Shown here: in pieces, positions 1-9,433 of the stretch
Layout: every line of letters starts with the position of its first letter
Numbering within the stretch: position 1 is the first letter of the stretch
NCBI GenBank assembly: GCA_001774555.1
Contig: MFAI01000036.1
Location: forward strand, 1,488-65,487
DNA from: Candidatus Collierbacteria bacterium RIFCSPLOWO2_01_FULL_50_23
Lineage (GTDB): Bacteria; Patescibacteriota; Microgenomatia; UBA1400; MFAQ01
Direction: 5' to 3'
DNA length: 64,000 bases
Translations under genes and position numbers: made by a program
Notes under the pieces: generated by a model
The model's input: only the letters and a program-made list of their open reading frames with translations
Database searches by the model: none
Told to the model about the DNA's origin: nothing

Positions 1-120
1 GCGCCGGTGTTTCCGAGATTGCTAGCGGTTTTCTGGAAACAAGAGCAATCCAACCTCCATTCACCCCCCACTTTGGTTCCCTCCTCAACCAGAGCCTCGC
101 CACACTCCCCACCATCGGCT

Positions 121-160
121 AAAAAACAAAAAATCCCGCTATTTGGGCGGGATTTTCTGT
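121..160 (-). terminator. Rho-independent terminator downstream of pilin gene 179..718 (hairpin atcccgc-cccaaatag-gcgggat followed by T-run on the minus strand)
   Basis: Read on the minus strand: cagaaaATCCCGCccaaatagCGGGATtttttgtttttt. GC stem plus U-tract immediately 3' of the pilin stop. Confidence 0.5.
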
Positions 161-178
161 TTCTTTGACCAAAAAATC

Positions 179-718
179 TTATGGACTGATCAAGTTTAGA
201 CCCGGATCGGTTCCAATTTCATACACGGTCGCGGAAGTTCCACCATCGTTGCTCACAACTGGGGCGTTATCGGTCGATTCCAAATAGCCATTGAGCTCAT
301 AAGTGCTACCGTTGCTCACGAAGGAGTAAACCATGCCTCCAGCCGCAATACTGGTCGTTCCGTCGGACAGCAAAGTGGCATCGGTTGCCGACTGACGGGG
401 ATCAACGGGCAATACTGACAGGAACTTGCTGACATCCACACCAATATAGTTAGCTATATTGCTGGTGTCGCGGGTTCCGGTCGAGTCTCCCGCGAAAGGA
501 ACAGCGACAGTCCCCGACAAATTCTTACCGTCAGCAATTGCAAGATCGATCGCCTTACGGATCGTAGCTAGATCAGATAGGCGGGTTGCATCCCGACCTT
601 TCTTCTGTATCTCAGTCGGATTAATAGCGAGAACGATCAGCGTAGCCAAGATTCCCAAAATTGCGATTACGACCAATAGTTCGATAAGCGTAAATCCTTT
701 AGTTGTTATTTTCCTCAT
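179..718 (-). CDS. Type IV pilin (candidate major pilin of cluster 1)
   Basis: N-terminus MRKITTKGFTLIELLVVIAILGILA is a class III prepilin leader with G|FTLIE cleavage/methylation motif and a hydrophobic alpha1 helix. Sits in an operon with PilO/PilMN/PilC/PilB. Confidence 0.8.
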   Translation of the reverse strand: MRKITTKGFTLIELLVVIAILGILATLIVLAINPTEIQKKGRDATRLSDLATIRKAIDLAIADGKNLSGTVAVPFAGDSTGTRDTSNIANYIGVDVSKFLSVLPVDPRQSATDATLLSDGTTSIAAGGMVYSFVSNGSTYELNGYLESTDNAPVVSNDGGTSATVYEIGTDPGLNLISP

Positions 719-773
719 TCATTCTCACCTCCTTTCCGATAACTAATTTAGTTATAGCATTTTTGACATAGTT

Positions 774-1037
774 TCAATCAAACGGCTCAGATCTGACTAC
801 CGGAATAACGGATACCGGGCTGGCGACCTTGATTGACTGTTGCAAAGTCCGAAAATTTTCCAATTTCAATACTGGCACAGAGGTATTGGCAGTGACCTCC
901 GAGATGTCAGGAACTCTGCTTGTTTCAATAAGTCTATAAGCCATAAAACCAGCGAGAACCAGGAATGCAACCATGCTGACCATGATCCGCAAATTGAGTT
1001 TCAAGGAAAGTTGACTTTCCTGTTCTTTGATATTCAT
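774..1037 (-). CDS. Hypothetical small membrane protein within the pilus operon (PilP-like position)
   Basis: 87 aa with a single TM segment (MVSMVAFLVLAGFMAY), lying between the pilin and PilO. No recognisable motif. Confidence 0.35.
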   Translation of the reverse strand: MNIKEQESQLSLKLNLRIMVSMVAFLVLAGFMAYRLIETSRVPDISEVTANTSVPVLKLENFRTLQQSIKVASPVSVIPVVRSEPFD

Positions 1038-1568
1038 TTATAGTTTTTGATTCATCATTAAAGCTCCAATAAAAACTGCCCTTACGCCGACTTTCGTTTC
1101 AGGTTTCATTACTGTCATTTTATCGATTTTGAAAAAATAGGGTAAATTAGATAGACCAGCCAAGAAACTTGTCACACCGGCATAATTTCCCTCCAGAGTT
1201 ATCTCTGACCCGAGACCGGCAATGTAATGCCCGAGAACGTCAACCGGACCGGGAAAGTCATCAAAACCTAGAGCGATCGTCAAGTTTTGTGCCTTGGCAA
1301 GTCCTTCGACGGCGGTCGCGAAAGCGGCTACGTCTTTCTCATTTGCCGGCAAAGTCCGTAACCAAGAATTTCCCAAAACAGAATAGGTGGGAAGATTTGA
1401 ATCCAAATTATCCAACTTTATCTGATTATTCCTCAAATTATCTACTCTGGCCTGTGTTTTGGAAAACAACATCAGTTGTCGCTGTGTTAGATAAAACAAC
1501 AGCAACGCACCGGCCAGAAAAAAGCCGAGAATAATAATGTGGACGACGGGCTGGTCGGTTTGTTTCAT
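1038..1568 (-). CDS. pilO: Type IV pilus assembly protein PilO-like
   Basis: 176 aa with N-terminal TM (IIILGFFLAGALLLFY) followed by a coiled-coil region. Overlaps the PilM/N stop by 4 nt (ATGA coupling). Confidence 0.5.
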   Translation of the reverse strand: MKQTDQPVVHIIILGFFLAGALLLFYLTQRQLMLFSKTQARVDNLRNNQIKLDNLDSNLPTYSVLGNSWLRTLPANEKDVAAFATAVEGLAKAQNLTIALGFDDFPGPVDVLGHYIAGLGSEITLEGNYAGVTSFLAGLSNLPYFFKIDKMTVMKPETKVGVRAVFIGALMMNQKL

Positions 1569-3019
1569 GGAGTTATTTGATTCGCAATACGAAAAGTAAC
1601 TGAAGACTCCCTTTCAAGACTGCCAAAATATAGTTTGCCATTGGAAAAATTCGATTGCGTCAATAGTCGGTTATAAAAATCCAAAACCAGTTGGCGCGAA
1701 CCGGCAACACCGGTCATCGCCCAGGTACTTTTGGAATCGGCCAATCTTACTGAACCAGGTCCCCTTGAAAAAACCAAACTCGTCAAGAATAGATCGGTTG
1801 GAGTAATGCTGGAAAGCTGACGCAGGATCACATTTTCACCACCGGTACTCTCACGTAACCAGATCAACTGATCAGACAATAGATTCAATTCATTGGCGGA
1901 AAAAATTTGGACTTGATTTTGCGGTTGGATCAACCGCTCCCGGTACGATTCTCCGACTACCTCCACCTGCTGTTGGCGCACCCGTGTCGATGTGTAAATA
2001 TAGAATAAGCCGGCAATACCGATAATCGTCAAGAAAATCAAAAGATTCAATCCCGCCTTCCAATTACCGATCAGCCTTTCCCGAATCACCGCCAGCCTAA
2101 ATTCGAGCGGTAAAAGGTTGAAAGATGCCGCCGTGTCGAATGTCTTCAGGGACAAACCATAAGCAGTGTGTAATAAGCTGTGATTCTTTACCTCGGCAGA
2201 GGACAAACGGCTATCCGCCAAATAGGCCGCCACATTTTGTGCCTTAAAATTATCGACCAAAGCTTGTATTTGAGGATTGGACCCGGAGATAACGATCTCC
2301 CTCACCGGCCGGTTTGGATGCTTCGAATTCGAAAAAACGACATAGTCGCGGATCGCATTACTGATGCCGCCTTTTTTGGTAATTTCTGAATCGGACAAGT
2401 AGTCTGAAAAGCGGGGGTTGCCGTTAGTAATATAGGTAAATTCGGCAAAATTATCTCCCAGATAGATCAAAAGCTGATCCTTTCCTTTGAATTGAGACGG
2501 GACAACGATCCGAATATTGGCAAAAACCGCCGGCTCGATCGCAACCACAACCAAACCGGTTGCCGAAACGACAGACAGATAAGACTGGATCACCGTTTTG
2601 GGGATTGCGGCCAGCAGTACCTCGATTTGACCCTCAACGTCATGGCCGATGATCTGCCAATCGGTTTCCACTCCGGAAGGCAGTAATGGCAATAGTGATC
2701 GGACCTGATAATTAATGGCCTCCTCGATTTCCTTGCCGGCGAACTTTGACAGGGTGAACTCTCGCAAAAAAACGCGGTTATCCGAAACCCCAACGACAAC
2801 TTTTTCTCCATAACTGATCGGGTGGGGTTGAGTCGAGATCAGTAGTTGATTCAACACCTTTATCAGACCGGCAGAGTCCTTTATCTCTCCATTGACGATA
2901 AAGCCGGAAGGCAGGGGCAGCTGTCCGAAACAAGCCAGTCTGGACCCATCAGAAGAAATTTGAGAAACTTCAGCAAAACGATCCGTAAAATACAAACCAA
3001 TGGCAGGCTTGGCAGGCAT
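1565..3019 (-). CDS. pilM: Type IV pilus assembly PilM-PilN fusion protein (actin-like ATPase domain fused to a PilN-like TM/periplasmic segment)
   Basis: N-terminal ~330 aa resemble PilM/FtsA-like actin-fold proteins. An internal TM segment (LNLLIFLTIIGIAGLFYIY) and a C-terminal ~130 aa resemble PilN. Operon context supports the call. Confidence 0.7.
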   Translation of the reverse strand: MPAKPAIGLYFTDRFAEVSQISSDGSRLACFGQLPLPSGFIVNGEIKDSAGLIKVLNQLLISTQPHPISYGEKVVVGVSDNRVFLREFTLSKFAGKEIEEAINYQVRSLLPLLPSGVETDWQIIGHDVEGQIEVLLAAIPKTVIQSYLSVVSATGLVVVAIEPAVFANIRIVVPSQFKGKDQLLIYLGDNFAEFTYITNGNPRFSDYLSDSEITKKGGISNAIRDYVVFSNSKHPNRPVREIVISGSNPQIQALVDNFKAQNVAAYLADSRLSSAEVKNHSLLHTAYGLSLKTFDTAASFNLLPLEFRLAVIRERLIGNWKAGLNLLIFLTIIGIAGLFYIYTSTRVRQQQVEVVGESYRERLIQPQNQVQIFSANELNLLSDQLIWLRESTGGENVILRQLSSITPTDLFLTSLVFSRGPGSVRLADSKSTWAMTGVAGSRQLVLDFYNRLLTQSNFSNGKLYFGSLERESSVTFRIANQITP

Positions 3020-3033
3020 AACCCTATTCTAAC

Positions 3034-4365
3034 TCATATTTCCTTAATACTCACCACCGCCCAACCACCACTTCCCGGTTCGACAATAGCGCGGGCCATG
3101 CTCGGATCAAACTCGATCGTGGCGTTATTTTCCACAAAGATCTCCTTCGCCAAAATACCCGATAAAATCGAGTTGCTATTTACATAGACACAACCGTTAA
3201 GAGCTACGAAAACCACCGTCGCCGTATTCGAAGATGTCTTGATCGATGGATTACTACACTGATCAAAAGTATTTTCCGAGATAAAAACCAACCCAGCCCC
3301 GAACGAATTACGAAAAAACTCAACATTACTGCTCGTGACAATGCGGCCCTGGCCCGCCGGATTGTCCGGGCTACTGACCACAACCACAATCGAGTTGCCA
3401 CCAACGGTCTCGGCGGTATAAAAATCATTATTTGAGTCAATTGTGAAGTCTTTTGTGATCCAAACAGGACCGGTAAAGGTTAAGTTCGTACCACTCGGAA
3501 CGGTCAAGTTCCCAACGATCTTGATACCACCCAAGTAGTTCGATCCGGAAGTACAATCTAGCGAGGAGCCGTCAACGACACAGTCGCCATTCCATATGCT
3601 CGCCCCCTGCGCTTGGTTTTTCCAATAATTAGCATCTACGCTGCCCAGCGGTGTAGCCGGAGGACCGGCGGCAAGAGAAAAGGTTCCGGAATAGGGACAG
3701 TTGCTTGGCGGTTGGGGCGCCATGACATCCTCACCGACCCAGCAGGCGGTCAGAGAACTTGCCCATGCATCTTTTTGAACATAAACCCCGCCCGACGACG
3801 GGCTATCCAGACCTCCAATATAGTCCACAGCCCAGACACTTCCAAGAATTCTGGAGCCACTATTGCCGGAAGAGATCGACTTTCCCCTGATGGCTCCATT
3901 GGAGTAGATGTTGCCGCTGGTATTATTTGAGCCTCGAACCACGGTTTGACCTTCCAGACTAATACCCCCGACTCCGGCCTGAAGCGCAAAGGTGAAACTG
4001 GCCTTGCTTGAAGAAGGGGCCACAACGACCTCCAAATTTTTTATGATTCCGGCGGCATACCCTGTGGCCCTGATTGTTTTTTGATTGCTATCACCGCCAA
4101 CCTCTGCCGAAACAGTCGCGTTTCCCCCAATCGCCAGTTCGAGAGAATATGAAGGGCCGAAATCCTGTCTGGCCCGTAAGCGCAGCATCACCTCATCAAC
4201 CCCCGCCCAGGCGGCATACCATGCCTGGTCCGAAGCATGAATCGTTTCTTCGATTTGAATGTTCGCAACAGACAAGCTGCTGCTGGCAATAGCACTGGTG
4301 ATCGCCACCATACCGATTAGGAGAATCATCACCAGACTGGCCTGCCCAAAGTTATTTCTTTTCAT
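3034..4365 (-). CDS. PilX_N-like minor pilus component with a large Gly/Ser/Thr-rich beta-type C-terminal domain (putative pilus tip or adhesin protein)
   Basis: N-terminus MKRNNFGQASLVMILLIGMVAITSAIAS matches PilX N-terminal family architecture. The rest is low-complexity G/S/N/T-rich. Located inside the pilus operon. Confidence 0.45.
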   Translation of the reverse strand: MKRNNFGQASLVMILLIGMVAITSAIASSSLSVANIQIEETIHASDQAWYAAWAGVDEVMLRLRARQDFGPSYSLELAIGGNATVSAEVGGDSNQKTIRATGYAAGIIKNLEVVVAPSSSKASFTFALQAGVGGISLEGQTVVRGSNNTSGNIYSNGAIRGKSISSGNSGSRILGSVWAVDYIGGLDSPSSGGVYVQKDAWASSLTACWVGEDVMAPQPPSNCPYSGTFSLAAGPPATPLGSVDANYWKNQAQGASIWNGDCVVDGSSLDCTSGSNYLGGIKIVGNLTVPSGTNLTFTGPVWITKDFTIDSNNDFYTAETVGGNSIVVVVSSPDNPAGQGRIVTSSNVEFFRNSFGAGLVFISENTFDQCSNPSIKTSSNTATVVFVALNGCVYVNSNSILSGILAKEIFVENNATIEFDPSMARAIVEPGSGGWAVVSIKEI

Positions 4366-4910
4366 CAGTCGATTACATTAGTAAACGTATCCGAAAAACT
4401 AGTTTGATAGTTTTCAAAGGGGAAAATTGTGTTAATTACACCCGAAACGGTGACCTGTCTTCCTCCGGTTGCCAGAGAGGCAACAGAAAAGTTGAACGCA
4501 GAAATTTCAGAATAACTGGGAAAAAATAATATGGTCGGATCAGGATTGGGGGTGCAGCCACTGGCCAACGTCTGGCTATAACGTACATTCTTACTTATCG
4601 AGTCATAGACGAAGCTCCAGCACTCGGCCGCCGATGTAAGCAATAGGGAACTCGAGCTGCCGCCAACCACCGAGGTGTTTTGAATCGCTCTCGTCAGAGT
4701 CCGGGAGAAGACCCGCAAAGATTCCGTCGTTGTCGTCGTCGCCAAGACCTGATCCCGAAGCGAAAGAGTGGTAAAGACCAGCCAAACCGAGGCCACACTA
4801 ATTACGGACATGATACTCAGGGTGATGATCACTTCGAGCATTGAAGTTCCGGCCTGCCCGACTGAATGAGTATTTTTCGACGCGGACTGATAGTTGATTC
4901 GCATTTTCAT
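4365..4910 (-). CDS. Pseudopilin / minor pilin
   Basis: Prepilin-like N-terminus GTSMLEVIITLSIMSVISVAS with Glu at +5. ATGA overlap with the upstream gene. Confidence 0.55.
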   Translation of the reverse strand: MKMRINYQSASKNTHSVGQAGTSMLEVIITLSIMSVISVASVWLVFTTLSLRDQVLATTTTTESLRVFSRTLTRAIQNTSVVGGSSSSLLLTSAAECWSFVYDSISKNVRYSQTLASGCTPNPDPTILFFPSYSEISAFNFSVASLATGGRQVTVSGVINTIFPFENYQTSFSDTFTNVID

Positions 4911-5455
4911 CTCCAGTAAGTAACGAGGGTGTTTAGCTGATAATCTTTGTCTTGATTATTTTCCTTCCAAGTTACTTTTACCAAAGCATAAAAAGAGAGT
5001 CGGTCGATCAACCCTCCCGCCTCCACCACACCGCATACCGGAGTATCACAGACCATATCTCTCATCACCGGTGACAAAGTGATCGTTCTGGTAAACTGAC
5101 CGACGGTTTCAGATCCGGAAACCAACGTCCACAATCCGGAATTCATCACCGGATGAAAGTCGCCTAACCCCAAAGAATTAAAGTCCCCCGCGCGGACACT
5201 CAAAAGAGCCTCCATTCCTTCCTTTGCCAACAAGTTCGCCCGGCTTCTGAGTTTATTCAAACCAACACTGTTGCTGGCCAAACTATTTGCGGACAGGCTT
5301 CCCACCACAATTACCATCATCAGCGAGATCGATACCAATATTTCCACCAAAGAAAAACCCTGCCCGCCTGCTTGCCAGCCCGCAGAGCTGTGCTCAGCAT
5401 TGCTGGCGGGCAAAGCTTGCGGCGTGTCCTGATTTGACTTAGTTGACAATGCCAT
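4907..5455 (-). CDS. Pseudopilin / minor pilin
   Basis: GFSLVEILVSISLMMVIVVG prepilin methylation motif after a ~30 aa leader. Confidence 0.65.
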   Translation of the reverse strand: MALSTKSNQDTPQALPASNAEHSSAGWQAGGQGFSLVEILVSISLMMVIVVGSLSANSLASNSVGLNKLRSRANLLAKEGMEALLSVRAGDFNSLGLGDFHPVMNSGLWTLVSGSETVGQFTRTITLSPVMRDMVCDTPVCGVVEAGGLIDRLSFYALVKVTWKENNQDKDYQLNTLVTYWR

Positions 5456-5855
5456 TTTGTTGGAAAATTACCAATTCGGTATTACCCGTTGAGGTAAGTG
5501 TTAATTGACAAGACAGGACGCAACCGGTGAGTTGACCGGTCAGGGGAGTAAAACCCCAGTTAAATGAGCTGGGACTATAAGTGATACCGGCGGGTGATTG
5601 AAAACGAGCGATCTCTCCCAAGTTTGATCTCAAGATCACTATGCCGGAAACCAGACTTATTTCATAACTCAGCTGATCTTTATTAGCGATTGCCAGTTCC
5701 CTTCCATACTGAAGTTGGCTCCTGATCTCGTCACCGGCGCTCCGAAGCTTAAAAACCGCCTGAAGTTGAGATAGGCCGGCAACACCTGCGGCCGTAACTG
5801 CAACCGTGATCGCCACGACCAATACCACCTCGAGGAAGGTGAAGCCTTTGTTCAC
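5439..5855 (-). CDS. Pseudopilin / minor pilin (GspH/FimT-like size)
   Basis: MNKGFTFLEVVLVVAITVAV class III prepilin N-terminus. Confidence 0.7.
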   Translation of the reverse strand: MNKGFTFLEVVLVVAITVAVTAAGVAGLSQLQAVFKLRSAGDEIRSQLQYGRELAIANKDQLSYEISLVSGIVILRSNLGEIARFQSPAGITYSPSSFNWGFTPLTGQLTGCVLSCQLTLTSTGNTELVIFQQNGIVN

Positions 5856-7084
5856 TTCAGAGTCGAGGTAATTTTGTAAATAGGAACAATCACTATCAAA
5901 GCCAATCCCAAAACTCCGAAGCCCAAAACAAAAATCATCGCCGGCTCGATCAACGACAAAAGATTGCGTAGGGCCACTTCAAGTTCTTCCTCGTAATAGG
6001 CCGCCAGCCTGTCAAGTGTATTACCAAGGTTTCCGGTTTTTTCGGCACCCCTGATCAATCTAGTCATGATCGAGGGAAAAAGTTCTTTTTCGAAAAAAAC
6101 TGCATCGGCCAAACTTTTTCCGGCAGTCAAATGGTCGTTGATGCGAATGCAGGCATCGCGATAAAGCGGGTTACCCAAACTCGCCGCCAAAATATCGAAT
6201 GATGAAACAACTTCCACGCCATAAATATAAAATCCACCCAAAACCCGCGAAAAACGGGCCAGGTTGTAACGAATCACCAACGGCCCCACCACGGGAAGTC
6301 TCAAACTCAACCGGCCGAGAAGCCGATCCCCGTAAGAACTTCGCGAAAAACCGATCAGCGCAACAACCGAAAGCCCGACCAGTACCAGCATCAAATACCA
6401 ATACTCGGCAAAAAAGGCAACCGTACTTGCCAGCGCCAAGGTATATCCAGGTAGTTTTTGTCCCGAACTCTGGGCAAAAAGTAAAATTTTCGGAACAATA
6501 GACACACTAATAAAAATCATCACTGCAGCCATCGCGGTGACGACAACAATCGGATAGATCAAAGCTGATCGGACCTTGCTGGCAAGTTCGTTTTCCCGCC
6601 GCAACTGCATGGCCAAATAACCCAAGCTCTCAGCCAAGGTACCACTACCTTCACCCGCACGGACGACCGCCAGATACGCTGGGGGAAAAATTTTTGGAAA
6701 ACGGGCAAAGGCCTCAGAAAGTTTCACCCCCGACTGTACTTCCAAAATAATTTTACTGATCACTCTGCCGGAACCGGTGGCGCTTTTCTGATCAACAAAG
6801 GTAGACAGGGCGTCCAAAATCGGCAAACCGGCTTTGATCATCGAAGAAAGCTGATTGGTGAAAAGGATCTTCTCCGCAACTGACATTCTTTCGTTCAACT
6901 CCCGGTCCAGCCGAATGAAAAAATTTGTCAGGATCCCAATTTCCAGGGGGTTTCGAACTCGCAGGCTAACCACCGTCAATCCCTGTTCAGAGAGCATTGT
7001 TTGGGCCTCAAGCTCCGAGCCCGCCTGCAATCGCCCGCTTTTATATTCATCACGGCTGACGGCTTTGTATTCAAATTCTGGCAT
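5852..7084 (-). CDS. pilC: Type IV pilus inner-membrane platform protein PilC (GspF family)
   Basis: 410 aa with two GspF-type repeats and three TM regions, adjacent to PilB. Sequence resembles the T2SS F-domain family. Confidence 0.88.
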   Translation of the reverse strand: MPEFEYKAVSRDEYKSGRLQAGSELEAQTMLSEQGLTVVSLRVRNPLEIGILTNFFIRLDRELNERMSVAEKILFTNQLSSMIKAGLPILDALSTFVDQKSATGSGRVISKIILEVQSGVKLSEAFARFPKIFPPAYLAVVRAGEGSGTLAESLGYLAMQLRRENELASKVRSALIYPIVVVTAMAAVMIFISVSIVPKILLFAQSSGQKLPGYTLALASTVAFFAEYWYLMLVLVGLSVVALIGFSRSSYGDRLLGRLSLRLPVVGPLVIRYNLARFSRVLGGFYIYGVEVVSSFDILAASLGNPLYRDACIRINDHLTAGKSLADAVFFEKELFPSIMTRLIRGAEKTGNLGNTLDRLAAYYEEELEVALRNLLSLIEPAMIFVLGFGVLGLALIVIVPIYKITSTLK

Positions 7085-7092
7085 ATTTTATA

Positions 7093-8796
7093 TTAGTCAA
7101 AAGTAACTCTGAGCACTTCCTCGACCGTGGTCACTCCGGCGACGACTTTCGCCGCACCGTCAAACAGCATCGTATGCATCCCATTCCTGATCGCCGCGTC
7201 CTTTATTTTTTTGGCCGTCGACCTGTCCAAAATTAACTGGCGGATTTCATCATTAATCGTAAAAAGCTCATAAAGACCGGTCCTTCCCGAGAAACCGCTG
7301 TAGTTACAAAAATTACATCCCGGCGCCACCCTCGTCTCGGCCGGAATGATCTTGGCCAACAGTTCTTTCTCGGCTGGTTCGCTGACGCTGGCCACCAGGT
7401 AATTAACGACGTTCGGATCGGTCGCTTTTGAAACAGAGCAGTGGGTACACAGCTTCCGGACCAACCTTTGGGCGATCACCAATTCAAGCGTAGACGCCAC
7501 CAAGAAAGGTTCCGCGCCCAGATCAATTAACCTGGGGATGGCTCCCGAAGCATCATTGGTGTGCAAAGTCGAAAGCACCAGGTGACCCGTCATCGCCGCA
7601 TTTGTCGAAATGCCGGCGGTATCGGCGTCACGAATTTCTCCAACCATAACAATATCAGGGTCTTGCCGCAACAAAGAACGCAAACCCTCAGCGAAAGAGA
7701 AGTTAATTTGCGGGTTAACCTGAGTCTGATTGATTCTTCTGATGTGATTCTCGACCGGATCTTCGACTGTTGAGATATTCACCTCACCGGTATTTAACAG
7801 ATTAAGCATGGTATAAAGACTGGTCGTCTTGCCTGAGCCCGTTGGCCCCGTCAGCAGGATCAATCCATGCGGTCGTGTCAAAATGCGCTTGATCGTTACG
7901 ACACTGGCCGAGTCATAGCCCAGATTTTCCAAAGAAAATTCCGGTTCGCCGCTCTCCAACAAACGGAGGACTACTTTTTCACCCTCAACGGTCGGTAGTA
8001 CCGAAACACGCAAGGAAACAACGTCCCTCTCTTCCGACTCGAACTTGAACCGGCCGTCCTGGGGTAGCCGGCTCTCATCAAGTTTCAGGGTCGACAGGAT
8101 TTTGATGCGGGCCACGATCGCCGCGTGGAGATCCTTGGGTAAAGAAATCATGTCATGCAGGACGCCGTCAATACGGTAACGGACCAAAACCAGATCTGGT
8201 AAGGCTTCGATGTGGATATCAGACGCCTCCTGGATTACCGAATACTCGAGCATTTGGTTAACCGCCTCGACGACAGAAACATCCTCAGCCAATTCCTGAA
8301 GCGTCACGTGTCCGTGCCTTTTCTTGGCTTGTTCCAGTAACTTGGTAAAGGTATCCGCCAAACTGGATTTGTATTGATGTAATCCGAATTTTATGTCTCT
8401 TTCAAATGCCAGAAAGGGGATCACCGTCAAACCGGTAACCTTGCGGATAAAGTTGATCGTCTCCAGATCTTTCGGGTCCTGCATCGCCAGACGAAGCGCG
8501 CCGCCTTCGTGGGCAAAGGGGATCACCCGTCGTTCTCTGGCCAGCTCCTCTTTTACCAAAGTGAGGATCTCCTTTGGCACCATGATCCTTTTCAGGTCAA
8601 TGTACTCGATCCCCATTGACTTGGCCATCAAATTACCCAAAACATCCTTCGCGATCAGCCTCCTGCCAATCAAGACGTCGTGCAAAGGAACGGCGAGATG
8701 AACCGCTGTTTTTTGGGCATCGTCCAGATCCTTCTCTGGGGTCAGGTTGGCCGAACGCACCAGATTGTAGATGTCAAAAAACATAGGGGCAGCCAT
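7093..8796 (-). CDS. pilB: Type IV pilus assembly ATPase PilB (GspE family)
   Basis: 567 aa with Walker A LLTGPTGSGKTTSLYT, Asp box, Walker B, His box and the tetracysteine CTHC...CNFC motif typical of PilB/GspE. Confidence 0.9.
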   Translation of the reverse strand: MAAPMFFDIYNLVRSANLTPEKDLDDAQKTAVHLAVPLHDVLIGRRLIAKDVLGNLMAKSMGIEYIDLKRIMVPKEILTLVKEELARERRVIPFAHEGGALRLAMQDPKDLETINFIRKVTGLTVIPFLAFERDIKFGLHQYKSSLADTFTKLLEQAKKRHGHVTLQELAEDVSVVEAVNQMLEYSVIQEASDIHIEALPDLVLVRYRIDGVLHDMISLPKDLHAAIVARIKILSTLKLDESRLPQDGRFKFESEERDVVSLRVSVLPTVEGEKVVLRLLESGEPEFSLENLGYDSASVVTIKRILTRPHGLILLTGPTGSGKTTSLYTMLNLLNTGEVNISTVEDPVENHIRRINQTQVNPQINFSFAEGLRSLLRQDPDIVMVGEIRDADTAGISTNAAMTGHLVLSTLHTNDASGAIPRLIDLGAEPFLVASTLELVIAQRLVRKLCTHCSVSKATDPNVVNYLVASVSEPAEKELLAKIIPAETRVAPGCNFCNYSGFSGRTGLYELFTINDEIRQLILDRSTAKKIKDAAIRNGMHTMLFDGAAKVVAGVTTVEEVLRVTFD

Positions 8797-8876
8797 ATAG
8801 TTTAACTTTACTATATTTAGATGAGGCCCGCCTGCAACGCTATGCGTAGCATTGCGGGCAGGTAAAATATAATGAC

Positions 8877-9113
8877 GTGTACTACACTTACGTTTTGAAG
8901 AGCCAGTTTGATAACGAAATTTACATCGGTTGGACAGATAATCTCAGACATAGAATCGCCCAGCATAATTGTGGACAAGTTGAAGCTACCAAAAACCGAA
9001 GACCACTTAAGTTAATATATTACGAAGCCTGCTCAACAAGAGAAAAAGCAATTTTGAGGGAAAAACAGTTAAAGTCAGGATATGGTCGGGCGTATTTGAA
9101 GCGTAGGTTGTAA
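8877..9113 (+). CDS. GIY-YIG nuclease superfamily small protein (UPF0213-like)
   Basis: YTYVLKSQFDNEIYIGWTDNLRHRIAQHN matches the GIY-x10-YIG ... R ... H/N core of standalone GIY-YIG proteins. Confidence 0.7.
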   Translation: MYYTYVLKSQFDNEIYIGWTDNLRHRIAQHNCGQVEATKNRRPLKLIYYEACSTREKAILREKQLKSGYGRAYLKRRL

Positions 9114-9149
9114 AATATATCCCGAAGGGACCCCATTTGGGGCCCGCAT

Positions 9150-9221
9150 TGCCGAGTCGTCTAATGGTAGGACGTCTCCCTTTGGAGGAGAATATTCCTG
9201 GTTCGAATCCAGGCTCGGCAA
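9150..9221 (+). tRNA. tRNA-Gln (anticodon TTG)
   Basis: Manual cloverleaf fold: acceptor TGCCGAG/CTCGGCA, D-arm GTCT..GGAC, anticodon stem TCTCC/GGAGA with loop CTTTGGA, T-arm CCTGG-TTCGAAT-CCAGG. No encoded CCA. Confidence 0.8.
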
Positions 9222-9433
9222 CTCGAGGCTCGCAAGAATATCCTATAGTTGAATAATTTCCCGTTCTATGGTAAAGTATCCCCGTTGCACTTTAAGAAAT
9301 GCGTCGGCAGAACTCAGTCGCCTCATGGCTATTGACCTCTGCTGACATCAAGTTCACTTACTTCCTTTCGCCGGAGACGGAAGGAAACGTCGGCAGCCCA
9401 ATTCGCATTCACCCTTCAGAAAGAGGTTAAAAC

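Noticed and set aside
459-746. Antisense ORFs inside the pilin genes and other coding regions (for example 459..746 +, 2180..2389 +, 6199..6501 +, 19586..20446 +)
   Set aside because: They are shadow ORFs fully embedded in well-supported genes on the opposite strand, with low-complexity translations.
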